The position numbers and the translations under genes are program-made. The notes below the pieces were generated by a model. That model saw only the letters and a program-made list of their open reading frames with translations, was not told where the DNA came from and made no database searches. A stretch of 64,000 nt of DNA from an uncultured Acidobacteriota bacterium (GTDB lineage: Bacteria > Acidobacteriota > Thermoanaerobaculia > Multivoradales > UBA5704), in assembly GCA_963770895.1 (NCBI GenBank), contig CAVYRF010000002.1, forward strand, positions 416,001-480,000, given 5' to 3'. Positions 38,072 through 50,352 of this stretch are shown piece after piece. Position 1 is the first letter of the stretch. Each line of letters opens with the position of its first letter.

Positions 38072-39435
38072 CCTGGTGGAGCGGCGCCCCCTACGCAGCC
38101 GTCGCGCTCCTGGCGTCGCTCCTGATCCTCCTCGGCAGCCGGGCCGACGGCCTTGCCGGCGAACGCGACAGCGCGGCGTTCCGCCTGGTGCTGTGGTGTC
38201 TCGCCGGCGCGGCCGGCTTCCAGGTCATCCTGCTGGTTCTCCAGGCGGCGCGCATCCCCTGGCATCCGCTGATCCTCGTGGGCGCCCTGGGCGTCGCGAT
38301 CGGGATCGGCCATCGATACCTCCACGGGACGCCGGCGCGGGCGCCGGCTGCCGCGGCGCACCGCTGGGGGCCTGGCGACGCCGTCGCCGGCCTGGCGCTG
38401 GGCGCCTACGCGTGGTTCGCCTTTTCGCTCTGCATCACCCTGCCTGATTTCGTCTTCCATTGGGGCGTCGAGGGGGAGCGCTTCGCCCTCCGCCGCGGCA
38501 TCGACTTCGCCTTCCTGCAGATGCCGTGGAACGTCGTCCCCCTCCATCCGGACTACCCCACGCTCTTGCCGAGCCTCTACGCTGCCGCCGCGCTCCTGGC
38601 CGGCCGCTACGACACCCGGTCCATGATGGCCTGGTCGGTCGGCTGCTTCGCCCTGCTCCTGCTCGCCGCTCGCGAAGCGCTGCGGCAGGCGGGAGTCGAA
38701 CGCCTGGTGGCGCAGGCCGCGCTGGCGCTCCTGGCGCTCACCGTGGCCGCCGCCGGGATGCGGGGCACGATGGCCGGCGGCGCCGACTGGATGGTGGCGC
38801 TGGCCACCGTCGCGGCACTGCCGGCGCTGCTGCGTCCGGCCGACCGGCTGGGCAGCTGGCAGATGGGCGTCGCCGGCGCCTTCGCCGCCGCCGCCAAGCT
38901 CGAAGGCATCACTCTGGCCGGGGTCTTCATCCTGGTGCAGTCTGTCCGCCTGGCTGCCGGCACCCGGCGCGGCCAGCCGTTCGACGGCCGGGCTCTGGCA
39001 GGGCTCCTGGCGCCCGTCGCCGCGGTCACCCTGCCCTGGCAGGCGGCAGTGCATCACTATCACCTGTCGGACCCGCTGCTCGGCGGCATCCATTTCCAGA
39101 ACGGCAGGGCGATCTGGACGGCGTTGCGCTACGAGCTGGCGGCGAGCCCTGCCTGGCATGGATTCGCCTGGAGCCTGCTGGTTCTGCCGCTGCTTGCCCT
39201 GTGGCGCAGGCTGCGGCCGATCGCGGCGGTCACGGCTTTGCAACTGCTGTGCTTTCTCTGCATCTACTTCTCCTTTCTCTCCGACCCCACGCCGCTGATC
39301 GTCGAAAGCTTCGACCGCCTGGAGCTCGACCTCCTGCCCGCCATCCTGATCGCCTCGGCGATCGCGCTCGACTCCCTGGGAAAGCCGAAACCCAACTTGC
39401 AGGCACGCTCGCCGGGCATCTTCGTTTCTAGTTAA
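38068..39435 (+). CDS. Polytopic membrane protein, putative GT-C glycosyltransferase
   Basis: DFVFHWG...HPDYPTLLP, GADW, AKLEG; many TM segments; next to a GT2 gene. Confidence 0.6.
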   Translation: MTWWSGAPYAAVALLASLLILLGSRADGLAGERDSAAFRLVLWCLAGAAGFQVILLVLQAARIPWHPLILVGALGVAIGIGHRYLHGTPARAPAAAAHRWGPGDAVAGLALGAYAWFAFSLCITLPDFVFHWGVEGERFALRRGIDFAFLQMPWNVVPLHPDYPTLLPSLYAAAALLAGRYDTRSMMAWSVGCFALLLLAAREALRQAGVERLVAQAALALLALTVAAAGMRGTMAGGADWMVALATVAALPALLRPADRLGSWQMGVAGAFAAAAKLEGITLAGVFILVQSVRLAAGTRRGQPFDGRALAGLLAPVAAVTLPWQAAVHHYHLSDPLLGGIHFQNGRAIWTALRYELAASPAWHGFAWSLLVLPLLALWRRLRPIAAVTALQLLCFLCIYFSFLSDPTPLIVESFDRLELDLLPAILIASAIALDSLGKPKPNLQARSPGIFVSS

Positions 39436-39438
39436 ACT

Positions 39439-40230
39439 ATGGTCGTGCCCTGCGATCCGAGCGTTGCGCCCTCCGATCCGATCTTCGTCGGCATTCCGAT
39501 CCTCAATCGGGCCGACCTGCTGGAGCGCTGCCTGGACTCGATCGACCAGCCGGCGCACGTGCTGGTGGTGAACAACAACACGGTGGACGAGCGCTTCAAC
39601 GACCAGCTCTGGAAGCTCGCGTCGGCGCGCGGCCTGGAGGTCGCCGACCAGGCCCGCAACCTGGGCATCGCCGCTTCCTGGAACCTCATCCTCGAAACCG
39701 GGATGGCGCGCGGTTTCGACCTGATCATGATCGGATCGAACGACGTCCTGCTGTCGCCGGGCTCCCTGGCAAGGGTCCAGTCGTACCCGAAGGAGGAGCG
39801 GGAGGTCATCTGGCACGTCCATGCCTGGAACTTCTTCGCCATCCACCGCCGCGCCGTCGCCCAGGTCGGCTGGTTCGACGAAAACTTCTACCCCGCCTAC
39901 AAGGAAGACCAGGACTATATGTACCGTTGCCAGCTGGCCGGCGCCGAGCGCGTCTCGACCGATGAGATCGGCGGCGGCAGCGAGCACCTGGGCTCGCAGA
40001 CCATCCACAGCGACCCCCATTACTACGCCTGCAACGAGGACACCCACCTGCGGTGGAACCTGTCGTACTACCTGGACAAGTGGGGCGGCGATTTTGGCGC
40101 CGAGCGCTACACCACGCCGTTTGGGGATGCCCGCCGTGACTGGCGGTGGTGGCCGCCGCCCGGTCCGTCCATCGCCGAGCGCGACTGGGACCGCGACCGC
40201 CGCCGGAGCCACAACCCGGCCGCCCGGTAG
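39439..40230 (+). CDS. Glycosyltransferase family 2
   Basis: VGIPILNR..LLERCLDSI, VVNN, NLGIAASWN, GWFDENFYPAYKEDQDY. Confidence 0.85.
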   Translation: MVVPCDPSVAPSDPIFVGIPILNRADLLERCLDSIDQPAHVLVVNNNTVDERFNDQLWKLASARGLEVADQARNLGIAASWNLILETGMARGFDLIMIGSNDVLLSPGSLARVQSYPKEEREVIWHVHAWNFFAIHRRAVAQVGWFDENFYPAYKEDQDYMYRCQLAGAERVSTDEIGGGSEHLGSQTIHSDPHYYACNEDTHLRWNLSYYLDKWGGDFGAERYTTPFGDARRDWRWWPPPGPSIAERDWDRDRRRSHNPAAR

Positions 40231-40291
40231 CGGGATGGCATCCGGCTGCCGCCATAGGCCACACCGCCGGCGGCCGGAAGCCGGAGCCGCC

Positions 40292-41161
40292 TCAGTCGTA
40301 CGCTGGCGGACGGCCCAGGGCGCGCGGCGGCCGCGACGTGCCGATGAAACCGGCCAGCACCACCAGGGTCAGCACGTAGGGGATCGTCTGGATGAGCTGC
40401 ACCGGGACGTGGGCGACGCCCTGCAGCTGGATGGCGACCGCCTCGGCAAGGCCGAAGAGCAGGCACGCGACGGCGGTGCGCAGCGGCCGCCAGCCGCCGA
40501 AGATCAGCGCCGCCAGCGCGATGAAGCCGCGGCCGGCGGTCATGTTGCGGGTGAACAGCGACGACTGGCCGATCGACAGGTAGGCGCCCCCCAGCGCCGC
40601 CAGCACCCCGGACAGCACCACCGCCGCATAGCGCAGCCGGGCCACGTCGATGCCGGCGGTGGCGGCGGCTTCGGGGTTCTCGCCGGCGGCGCGCAGGTGC
40701 AGCCCGAAACGGGTGCTGCGCAGCACCCAGGCGGTGATCGGCACCAGCGCGTAGGCGGCCACGACCGGCGCCCGCGGCAGCAGCTGCGCCCGCGGCAGCG
40801 GCGGCGTGGCGCCGTTGGTGCCGAACAGCGCGCCGGACAAAAGCGGCGGCAGCCCCAGGAACACGATGTTGATCGCCGTGCCGCTCACCACCTGGTTGGC
40901 GCCGAAGCGGATCGACGCCACGGCGTGGACCCAGGCCGCCGCGCCGCCCGCGGCCAGCGCCGCCAGCAGCCCCAGCCAGGGATCGCCGGTGGCCCAGGTG
41001 ACCGCCGCCGCGGTGAAGGCGCCGGCCAGCATCAGCCCCTCCAGCGCGATGTTCATGACCCCCGACCGCTCGGCGTACAAACCGCCCAGCGCCGCCAGCA
41101 GCAGCGGCGTCGCCATGCGCACCGTCGACAGCGCCAGAAATCCGGCCAGCCCCGAGGTCAT
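40292..41161 (-). CDS. Nucleoside/sugar ABC permease (NupC-like)
   Basis: ERSGVMNIALEGLML, AAGENPEAA, AGRGFIALAALIFGGW. Confidence 0.9.
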   Translation of the reverse strand: MTSGLAGFLALSTVRMATPLLLAALGGLYAERSGVMNIALEGLMLAGAFTAAAVTWATGDPWLGLLAALAAGGAAAWVHAVASIRFGANQVVSGTAINIVFLGLPPLLSGALFGTNGATPPLPRAQLLPRAPVVAAYALVPITAWVLRSTRFGLHLRAAGENPEAAATAGIDVARLRYAAVVLSGVLAALGGAYLSIGQSSLFTRNMTAGRGFIALAALIFGGWRPLRTAVACLLFGLAEAVAIQLQGVAHVPVQLIQTIPYVLTLVVLAGFIGTSRPPRALGRPPAYD

Positions 41162-42465
41162 GGCGGAGCGCCTCCCCCTGTCGCAACGGTTCCCGCCCGG
41201 CCACCATCGGCGCGACCAGCACGACCGGCGGGACCGGCGCCATCGACGCGATCGGTGCGATCGGCGCGCCTGCCTCCGACGTCGCCGGCATCGCGTGCTT
41301 TGCCTGCATCGCCTGCGTTGCCGGCGGCGTTGGCGTCGGCGGCGCCGGCCCGCCGGCGCCAGACCAGACGCCCGCCGGCCAGACAGAGGATCGCCACCCC
41401 TTCGAGCACCACCACCACGTCGCGCGAGACGTGGTCGGAGAAGATGCCGACAAAGAGCCCGCCGCGCGTCAGGGCGCCGAACAGCAGCGCCGCCAGCACG
41501 ATGCCGGCCGGATGGTTGCGCCCCAGCAAAGCGACGGCGATGCCGGTGAATCCCAGGCCCGGCGAAAAGCCGTCGTAGTACCGGTGGCGATAGCCCAGCA
41601 CCTCGTTGATCCCCACCATGCCGGCGAGCGCGCCGGACAGCGCCATCGCCGCCACCAGCTGGCGGCCGGTGTCGATGCCGCCATAGGCCGCCGCGGCGCC
41701 GTTGGCGCCGGTCATGCGCAGCTCGTAGCCCCAGCGCGTGCGCCACAGCAGCAGGTAGACCAGCCAGCAGGCGCCCAGGGCGGCGACGAACGCCAGGTTG
41801 AGCGGGATGCGCTCCGGCAGCAGCGGCGATCCCGCCGCTCCGCCCGAGCGGTGCAGCCGCGGCAGCAGGCTGCCCAGCCGCGCCCAGCCGGCGGCAGGAT
41901 CGACCGGCCGCGTCTCCAGGATCGCGTCGCCCTCCGCCTTGAGGTGGTCCGCGACCAGCCACGCGGCCAGGGCGGCGGCGATGAAGTTGAGCATGATGGT
42001 GGTGACCACCTCGTGGGCGCCAAAGCGGGCCTTGAGCCATCCCGCCAGCGCCCCCCAGGCGCCGCCGGCCGCGAGCGCCGCCAGGGCGGCGAGCGGCGCC
42101 AGCAGCCAGGCCGGCAGCCCGGCGCCCGCGATCCCCGCCCACGCGGCGGCAAGGGCGCCGGCAACCAGCTGGCCCTCGGCGCCGATGTTGAACAACCCGG
42201 CGTGAAACGCGACCGCGACGGCCAGCCCGGTGAACATCAGCGGCGTGGCATAAAACAGCGTGTAGCCGATCCCGTCGGGCCACGACAGAGCGCTGCCGAA
42301 CAGCAGCCCGTACACCGCGACCGGATCGTCACCCACCGCCGCGATCACCACCGCGCCCGCCGCCAGCGCCACGCCCAGCGCCCCCAGCGGCGCCAGCCAC
42401 CCCGGCAGCGCCCGCCCCGGCACCGGCCGCCCGGCCACCCGGGGCGGCGACGCACCGCCGCTCAT
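41158..42465 (-). CDS. Nucleoside/sugar ABC permease (NupB-like)
   Basis: GLFNIGAEGQ, HEVVTTIMLNF, GFTGIAVALLGRNHP. Confidence 0.9.
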   Translation of the reverse strand: MSGGASPPRVAGRPVPGRALPGWLAPLGALGVALAAGAVVIAAVGDDPVAVYGLLFGSALSWPDGIGYTLFYATPLMFTGLAVAVAFHAGLFNIGAEGQLVAGALAAAWAGIAGAGLPAWLLAPLAALAALAAGGAWGALAGWLKARFGAHEVVTTIMLNFIAAALAAWLVADHLKAEGDAILETRPVDPAAGWARLGSLLPRLHRSGGAAGSPLLPERIPLNLAFVAALGACWLVYLLLWRTRWGYELRMTGANGAAAAYGGIDTGRQLVAAMALSGALAGMVGINEVLGYRHRYYDGFSPGLGFTGIAVALLGRNHPAGIVLAALLFGALTRGGLFVGIFSDHVSRDVVVVLEGVAILCLAGGRLVWRRRAGAADANAAGNAGDAGKARDAGDVGGRRADRTDRVDGAGPAGRAGRADGGRAGTVATGGGAPP

Positions 42466-44174
42466 ACCAGGTCTCCGGCAGGTGCATGCGGCACACCCGC
42501 GGCGGCGGCCGGCGCGCCAGCCGCGCCAACTCCGCCGGTCGTGCAGGCTGAGCTGGCCCAAGCGGCTGAGCTTACAGAGCTGGCGGAGGCGGCGCCGCCG
42601 CCGCTCATCAGCAGGCCCAACTGTTGCTGCGCGGTGGCGCCGGCCGGGTCCACTTCCCCGGCGATCCGGCCGCGATACAGCACCAGCAGGCGATCGGACA
42701 GCGCCAGCAGCTCGTCCAGGTCGGACGACACCAGCAGCACGGCGCAGCCGCCGGCGCGCAGGGCGAGCAGCTCGCGGTGCACCAGGCGGGTGCTCGCGAG
42801 ATCCAGGCCGCGGGTGGGCTGCGCGGCAAGCAGCAGGCGCGGCGGCGGCGTCATCTCCCGGCCCAACACCAGCTTCTGCTGATTGCCTCCCGACAGGGCG
42901 CGCGCCGGCAGGCCGCAATCCGCCGGACGCACCGCGAAGCGCTCCAGCAGGGCGCCGGTGCGCCGCGCGACGGCGGCGCGATCCAGCCACTGACGCCACG
43001 GTCCGACCGCCACCGGCGCGCGGTCGTGGACGCCCAGGATGGCGTTTTCGGCCACGCTCAGGTCGAGCGCCAGACCGCGGCCCTGGCGGTCCTCGGGCAC
43101 GTGCGCGATCCTCAATTGCCGCCGCCGCCGCACGCTGGCGTCCACGATCTCGGCCCCGTCCAGCCGCACGCTGCCGGCGACGGCGCCACGCTCCGCCAGG
43201 CCGGCGACCGCCTCCACCAGCTCACGCTGGCCGTTGCCCTCGACGCCCGCGATCCCCACCACCTCGCCGCCGGCGACCGCAAACGACACACCGTCGAGCC
43301 GCCGCCTGCCGCCCTCGCCGCGCACCGCCAGCTCGCTGACGACCAGCACCGGCGCGGCGCCAGGCGGGACCCGACGACGCTCTGGCCCCGCCGGCCGGGG
43401 GAGCACCAGCGAAGCGTCGTCGGCACCCACGATCAGGCGCGCCAGCTCGCCGGCGGCCAGTTCTCCTGCATCGCCGGCGCCGGCAGTGGCGCGGCTGGCG
43501 ACGACGCGGCCGGCGCGCAGCACCGTCACCGTGTCCGCCAGGTCCAGCACCTCCGTCAGCTTGTGGGTGATCAGCACGACGGCCAGCCCCTGGTCGCGCA
43601 TGCGGCGCAGCACCGCGAACAGCCGCATCACTTCGGCCGGGGCCAAAACCGCGGTGGGCTCGTCCAGGATGAGGACGTCTGCCCGCCGGTGGAGCGCTTT
43701 GAGCAGCTCGACGCGCTGCCGCTCGCCGACCGACAGGTCGCCCACCTGGGCGGCGGGATCGACGTCCAGCCCCATCTGTCCCGCGAGCGCGGCGACGCGC
43801 GCCGCGGCGCCGGCGCGATCGATCCGCCAGCGGCTGCCGGGCTCGGCGCCCAGCACCACGTTTTCGCCGACCGTCATCGCTTCGACCAGCAGGAAGTGCT
43901 GGTGCACCATGGCGATGCCGCAGCGGGTGGCATCCTGCGGGCCGGCAAAGCGGCGCTCCTGCCCGCGCACCACGACCGACCCGCCATCGGGGGCGTAGAA
44001 CCCACTTGCAATGCGCATCGCCGTCGACTTGCCGGCGCCATTTTCCCCCACCAGCGCATGGATGGCGCCGGCGGCGACCGCCATGTCGATCCCGTCGTTG
44101 ACCAGGACCCCGCCAAAGCGCTTGCTGACGCCGCGCAGCTCCAGCGCCGGCACGGGCAGCGGCATCCCGCTCAT
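42462..44174 (-). CDS. Nucleoside/sugar ABC ATP-binding protein with two ATPase modules (NupA-like)
   Basis: GENGAGKST, VHQHF, LDEPTAVL, PEDR, LSGGNQQK, QPTRGLD. Confidence 0.92.
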   Translation of the reverse strand: MSGMPLPVPALELRGVSKRFGGVLVNDGIDMAVAAGAIHALVGENGAGKSTAMRIASGFYAPDGGSVVVRGQERRFAGPQDATRCGIAMVHQHFLLVEAMTVGENVVLGAEPGSRWRIDRAGAAARVAALAGQMGLDVDPAAQVGDLSVGERQRVELLKALHRRADVLILDEPTAVLAPAEVMRLFAVLRRMRDQGLAVVLITHKLTEVLDLADTVTVLRAGRVVASRATAGAGDAGELAAGELARLIVGADDASLVLPRPAGPERRRVPPGAAPVLVVSELAVRGEGGRRRLDGVSFAVAGGEVVGIAGVEGNGQRELVEAVAGLAERGAVAGSVRLDGAEIVDASVRRRRQLRIAHVPEDRQGRGLALDLSVAENAILGVHDRAPVAVGPWRQWLDRAAVARRTGALLERFAVRPADCGLPARALSGGNQQKLVLGREMTPPPRLLLAAQPTRGLDLASTRLVHRELLALRAGGCAVLLVSSDLDELLALSDRLLVLYRGRIAGEVDPAGATAQQQLGLLMSGGGAASASSVSSAAWASSACTTGGVGAAGAPAAAAGVPHAPAGDLV

Positions 44175-45439
44175 GATCCGGCGCGCCCTCCGCGGCCCGC
44201 CGCTGTCCCGGCGCCCGGGGCGGGAGCGGCGATGGTGACGGGAGCGGCGCCGGGCTTGGCTGCGGCGCCGGAGGGGACTCCGGCTGTGCCAGGGCCGGCG
44301 GCGGCTGCGCCAGGCACGGCGGGGGCGGTCGCGGCGGGCGGGGTGCCAGCGGCCGCAGGGGCCGGAGCGGCTGGAGCCATGGCGTCAGTCACCTGCAGCT
44401 GGCCGCGCACGATGCGGTCGCGGGCGGCATCGACGTCGCGCAGCACGGCCGGCGGGATCAGGCCGCGGTTGTAGCGGTCCAGGGCGTAGCCGATGCCGCC
44501 GTCCGCCAGGCCGTAGGAATGGAGGCCGCCGCGGAAGCGCCCGCTGACCTGCTCGGCGATCAGCTGGTAGACCGCGCGATCGACCCGCTTGACCATGCTG
44601 GTGAGCACGCGGCCGGGTTTGATCCAGTTCTGGTTTGAATCGCAGCCGATGACGTAGACGCCGTACTGCTCGGCGGCGTCGAAGGCGCCCAGCCCCGAGT
44701 TGCCGGCGGCGGCGAACACCACGTCGGCGCCGCGGCTGATCTGCGCCGCGGCCAGCTCCTTGCCGCGCGCCGGGTTGTTCCAGGCCGAATCGGTGACGCC
44801 GACGTAGTTGGGGATCACGCGCACGCCGGCGACCGCCGCCCGCGCCCCCTCTTCGTAGCCGACCTCGAAGCGGTGGATGAGCGGGATGTCCATGCCGCCG
44901 ACGAAGCCGACGACGCCGGTCCTGGACACCCGCGCCGCGATCATGCCCACCAGGTAGGCGCCCTCCTGCTCGCGGAAGACCACCGAGGCGACGTTGGGCG
45001 CCGCCGCCACGCCGTCGATCACCACGAAGCGCAGGCGCGGATAGTCGCGCGCCACCTCCTGGATGATCGGCGCCTGGGCGAAGCCCACGCCGATGACCAG
45101 GCCGTAGCCGCGCTCGGCAAACGCCCGCAGCGCCGGCTCGATCGACGCCGGGTCGCCCGGCTCGGCGCTGCGCAGCACGATCGGCAGCTCGCGCGCCGCC
45201 CGCCGGCAGCCCTCCCAGGCCGCGGCGTTGAACGACCGGTCGTCCTTGCCGGCGGTGTCGAACACCAGCCCGACATGCAGCTTGTGGCGGTCGTCCCCGG
45301 CGGCGCCGCCGGCAAGCCCCCGGCAACCCAGGGCAGCGCCACCCATCCCCGCCAGCGCCAGGACCAGGAGCAGCCGCGCCCACCGCCGCCGGCCGCGCAC
45401 CCTCGGCCGCAAGGTGGCCAGGTGTCCCGTCCAGTTCAT
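44171..45439 (-). CDS. BMP family substrate-binding lipoprotein
   Basis: AALGC lipobox; DDRSFN, FREQEGAYLVG, GADVVFAAAG, TSMVKRVD. Confidence 0.92.
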   Translation of the reverse strand: MNWTGHLATLRPRVRGRRRWARLLLVLALAGMGGAALGCRGLAGGAAGDDRHKLHVGLVFDTAGKDDRSFNAAAWEGCRRAARELPIVLRSAEPGDPASIEPALRAFAERGYGLVIGVGFAQAPIIQEVARDYPRLRFVVIDGVAAAPNVASVVFREQEGAYLVGMIAARVSRTGVVGFVGGMDIPLIHRFEVGYEEGARAAVAGVRVIPNYVGVTDSAWNNPARGKELAAAQISRGADVVFAAAGNSGLGAFDAAEQYGVYVIGCDSNQNWIKPGRVLTSMVKRVDRAVYQLIAEQVSGRFRGGLHSYGLADGGIGYALDRYNRGLIPPAVLRDVDAARDRIVRGQLQVTDAMAPAAPAPAAAGTPPAATAPAVPGAAAAGPGTAGVPSGAAAKPGAAPVTIAAPAPGAGTAAGRGGRAGS

Positions 45440-45736
45440 TCGCTTGCCATTCGCGTGCTCTCCGGACGGGCGGAGCACCAGCCGCCCGAGGAAGGAGCCT
45501 CCGAGTCGTCGCCTCCGACTTTCCGATCGCGCTCGAAGCCTACAGTACGTGCAGGCGCGAAAAGCGCTCCGCCTCCGGCCGCGCCGCGCGGATGCACGAA
45601 AGGGCAGCCTTTCCCCGTCTGGTTGAGATGAGGGTGCGGCGCGCGCGGCCCGGCCTGTCCCGGCTCACCCCCGGCCGGCCTGGCAGCGGTTTGGACGCCG
45701 CGCGCAACTCTCGTCATGTCTTATACTTCGACGGTC

Positions 45737-48292
45737 ATGGCGGCGCGCTTCGACGGTGAGGCCCTGACCCTGGATCTCGGGGTCGCGGACCTGCTGGACA
45801 CTTCGCTCTTGCGCAGCATCGGTTTCGCCAATCGCGGCGGCTACGAGCGGCTGTGGCTGGGCCAGGCGATCCACAGCCGATACCAGGAGAGCAAGCTGGC
45901 CCAGGACGGCACCTACCGGCGGGAAGTCGTCATCAGCAAGCGGTTCCAGCACCGGGGCTGGCAGGTCACCGTGGCGGGGCGCATGGACGGGGTGCGCAAG
46001 GACCCTGACGGCTCGCTGGTCGTCGAAGAGATCAAGTCGGTGCGGCGCGGCGGCGCGCTGCCGCCGGCGGTGCGCGAGATCTACCAGCGCCAGGCGCTGC
46101 TCTACGCCTGGATGCTGGCCGGCGCCGGCGCCGCCGCCGACCCCAGCCCCGACCCCGACCCCGACACCGCCGGCCCCGGCGCCACCGCGGATGAAGCCGG
46201 CGCCCAGATCCCGCGCGGCGCACCGCCGCCGCGGCCGGAAGCGCCCCAGGTGCGGGCGGAGCTGGTGCTGATCGCGATCGGCAGCGGCGAAGTGGAACGC
46301 GAACAGCTCCCCGTGCACCTGGACGCCATCGAAGCGTCGGTGCGGCGGCGGGTCAACGGCCTGCTGCGCCTGTTCGAAGCCGAGCGCGAGCACCGGGCGG
46401 CGCTGCGCCGCGCGGCGGAACGCCTGGAGTTCCCGTTCGGCTCGCTCCGCCCAGGCCAGGAGCTGATCCTGGCGGCGGTCGAAACCGCGGTCGCCAACCG
46501 CGAGCACCTGCTGCTGCAGGCGCCGACCGGCATCGGCAAGACCGTGGCGGCGCTGCTGCCGGCGCTGCGCTACTGCCTGGCGCACGGCAAGCGGCTGTTC
46601 GTGCTCACCGCCAAGACGCTGCAGCAGGACATGGCGACGGCGGTGCTGCAGCGCCTCAACAAGGACGCCGCCTTCCGCTCGCTGCGGCTGCGCGCCAAGG
46701 CCAAGATGTGCGCCAACGACCAGGTGGTGTGCCACGAAGAGTACTGCCGCTTCGCCAAGGACTACGCGCTCAAGCTGCAGACCTCGGGGGTCCTGTCGGA
46801 GATCTGGGAGCGCTTTCCCGCCATCGAGCCGGACGACGTGTTCCGCGCCGCGCGCGCCGCCGAAGTCTGCCCCTTCGAAGTCAGCCTGGAGCTGGCGCAC
46901 CGCGCGGAGGTCACCATCTGCGACTACAACTACGCCTTCGACCCCTACGTGTCGCTGCCCGACTTCTCCGCCGACCAGGACCTGTCCGACGCCGTGCTGG
47001 TCATCGACGAAGTGCACAACCTGGTCGAGCGCGGGCGCGGCTACTACAGCCCTGAGCTGTCCGCCGGCGCCGCGCGCCAGGCGGCGGCCGCCATCGGCCA
47101 GCTGGGCGAACCCATCCACGGCCGCATCGCCGGCCTCTGCATGCGGCTCGCCGCCATCATCGAAGAGGCGGTGCTCGACTGCCTCTTCGACCAGGGCGGC
47201 GACCTCGAGGCGGCCGAAGTGGGGCGCGCCGACCGCGCCGTCGAAGCGCCGCTGCCCGAAGACCGCTTCTGGCGGCTGCGTCCCGAGCTGGACGCCGCCT
47301 TCGTGGACTACCTGGAGCACCAGCGCACCAGCCGCACCGTGCGCGCCGACGATCCGTTCATCAAGCTGTACTTCGACGTCCTGCGCTTCCTCAACGGCCT
47401 GGCGGTGGCCGACGACGCCTTCAGCCAGCTGGTCGAGATCTGCCGCGGCGACTTCCGGGTCAAGGTGCTGTGCAAGGATCCCAGCCGCTTCCTGGGCGCC
47501 GTGGTCAACCGCGCCCACTCGACGATCGGGCTGTCCGCCACCCTCTCGCCGCCGGACTTCTACACCGGCCTGCTGGGCTTCGCCGCCGGGCGCACGGCGT
47601 TCGTCGAGATCCCCAACCCCTTCCCCGCCGCCAACCGCCGGGTGGTCATCGACGACTCGGTCGCCACCACCTTCAAACGGCGCCCCAACAACTACGATCG
47701 CATCGCCCAGCGCCTGGCCGACTTCGCCCAGGCGGTGCCGGGCAACTGCCTGGCGCTGTTCCCCAGCTACGCCTTCCTGGCCGAAGTGACCGGCCGCATG
47801 CGCCTGCAAACCAAGCGGATCTTCGTCCAGCGCCAGACCGACAACGACCGCGAGCGCGACATGCTGCTGCAAACGCTGCGGGCGGCGGTCTTGGGCGACG
47901 TGCTGCTGGCCGCGGTGGCCGGCGGCGCCTTCGCCGAGGGCGTCGACTACCCCGGCGACATGCTGCGCGCGGTGGCGGTGGTGGGCCCCTGCCTGCCCGC
48001 GCTCACGCTGGAACGCGAGCTGCTCAAGGCCTACTACCAGGAGCGCTTCGAGCGCGGCTTCGAATACGCCTTCGTGGTGCCCGGCATGACCCGCGTGGTG
48101 CAGGCCGCCGGCCGCCTCATCCGCTCGCCGCACGACACCGGCGTCATCGCTCTGTTCGACGAACGCTTCCTGGACAACCCCTACCGGCGCCACCTGCCCG
48201 CCGACTGGCTGCCCGACGAAGGGGCCGGCGCCCTGGTCGGCGATCCGGCGGCCGTGGCCGGCCAATTCTTTGCCGTCGCCAAACCCCGCTGA
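45737..48292 (+). CDS. Rad3/DinG-family Fe-S DNA helicase with an N-terminal PD-(D/E)XK nuclease-like domain
   Basis: GQAIH...GRMDG...VEEIKS...QALLY; APTGIGKT; Cys cluster KMC..VC...YC...VCPF; DYNY, DEVHNL, SATL, EGVD, QAAGRLIR. Confidence 0.9.
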   Translation: MAARFDGEALTLDLGVADLLDTSLLRSIGFANRGGYERLWLGQAIHSRYQESKLAQDGTYRREVVISKRFQHRGWQVTVAGRMDGVRKDPDGSLVVEEIKSVRRGGALPPAVREIYQRQALLYAWMLAGAGAAADPSPDPDPDTAGPGATADEAGAQIPRGAPPPRPEAPQVRAELVLIAIGSGEVEREQLPVHLDAIEASVRRRVNGLLRLFEAEREHRAALRRAAERLEFPFGSLRPGQELILAAVETAVANREHLLLQAPTGIGKTVAALLPALRYCLAHGKRLFVLTAKTLQQDMATAVLQRLNKDAAFRSLRLRAKAKMCANDQVVCHEEYCRFAKDYALKLQTSGVLSEIWERFPAIEPDDVFRAARAAEVCPFEVSLELAHRAEVTICDYNYAFDPYVSLPDFSADQDLSDAVLVIDEVHNLVERGRGYYSPELSAGAARQAAAAIGQLGEPIHGRIAGLCMRLAAIIEEAVLDCLFDQGGDLEAAEVGRADRAVEAPLPEDRFWRLRPELDAAFVDYLEHQRTSRTVRADDPFIKLYFDVLRFLNGLAVADDAFSQLVEICRGDFRVKVLCKDPSRFLGAVVNRAHSTIGLSATLSPPDFYTGLLGFAAGRTAFVEIPNPFPAANRRVVIDDSVATTFKRRPNNYDRIAQRLADFAQAVPGNCLALFPSYAFLAEVTGRMRLQTKRIFVQRQTDNDRERDMLLQTLRAAVLGDVLLAAVAGGAFAEGVDYPGDMLRAVAVVGPCLPALTLERELLKAYYQERFERGFEYAFVVPGMTRVVQAAGRLIRSPHDTGVIALFDERFLDNPYRRHLPADWLPDEGAGALVGDPAAVAGQFFAVAKPR

Positions 48293-48455
48293 CCCCACCG
48301 ACCCTGCCGACCCCTAGCCGGCCCCCCCGGCGAACCCGCGCGGGAATCTGCTAGTGTCCCGCCCGGTTACCTGCCGTGGCGGCCGCGCTCAACGCGCCAG
48401 GCCGCCCCGCCGTCCCTGAACCGACCGACCGAGCAAGCGCAGCCCGAACCGACCG

Positions 48456-50057
<1,602 letters not shown>

Positions 50058-50322
50058 GCGGCGGCCGACACCTCCGCCGGGCAGCGCCGCCCCGGCGCGC
50101 CGCGAGCGCGGGAGCCGGCGTCGCCGCGCGGGGTCGTGGGAACAAATTCCGCTGCTCTCGCACGTATCTATGCAGGGTGATTCGCACGGACCAGATGAGG
50201 CAGAATCGGCGACAGAGTGGATACGAAAATGCCCCGCGTTGGTATCTTTACAGCATGAATGGGCTGTCTAAATTGACACAAAATGGACATTTATCGACCA
50301 AGGCTCTGACCATTTTTGGCGC

Positions 50323-50352
50323 CGAACAGTGTCAGTCCGCTGACACAGTTCG
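50323..50352. promoter_or_regulatory. Inverted repeat CGAACAGTGTCAG-TCCG-CTGACACAGTTCG (candidate regulator binding site)
   Basis: 13-bp arms with one mismatch, in an AT-enriched intergenic region upstream of the protease gene. Confidence 0.5.

Noticed and set aside
45737-46100. Cas4/CasDinG (type IV CRISPR) assignment
   Set aside because: No Cas4 cysteine cluster around the nuclease motifs, no other cas genes or array, and a housekeeping context (prfC).
48351-48450. CTAGTGTCCCG as the end of another MITE
   Set aside because: No matching inverted end or second copy found in the window.
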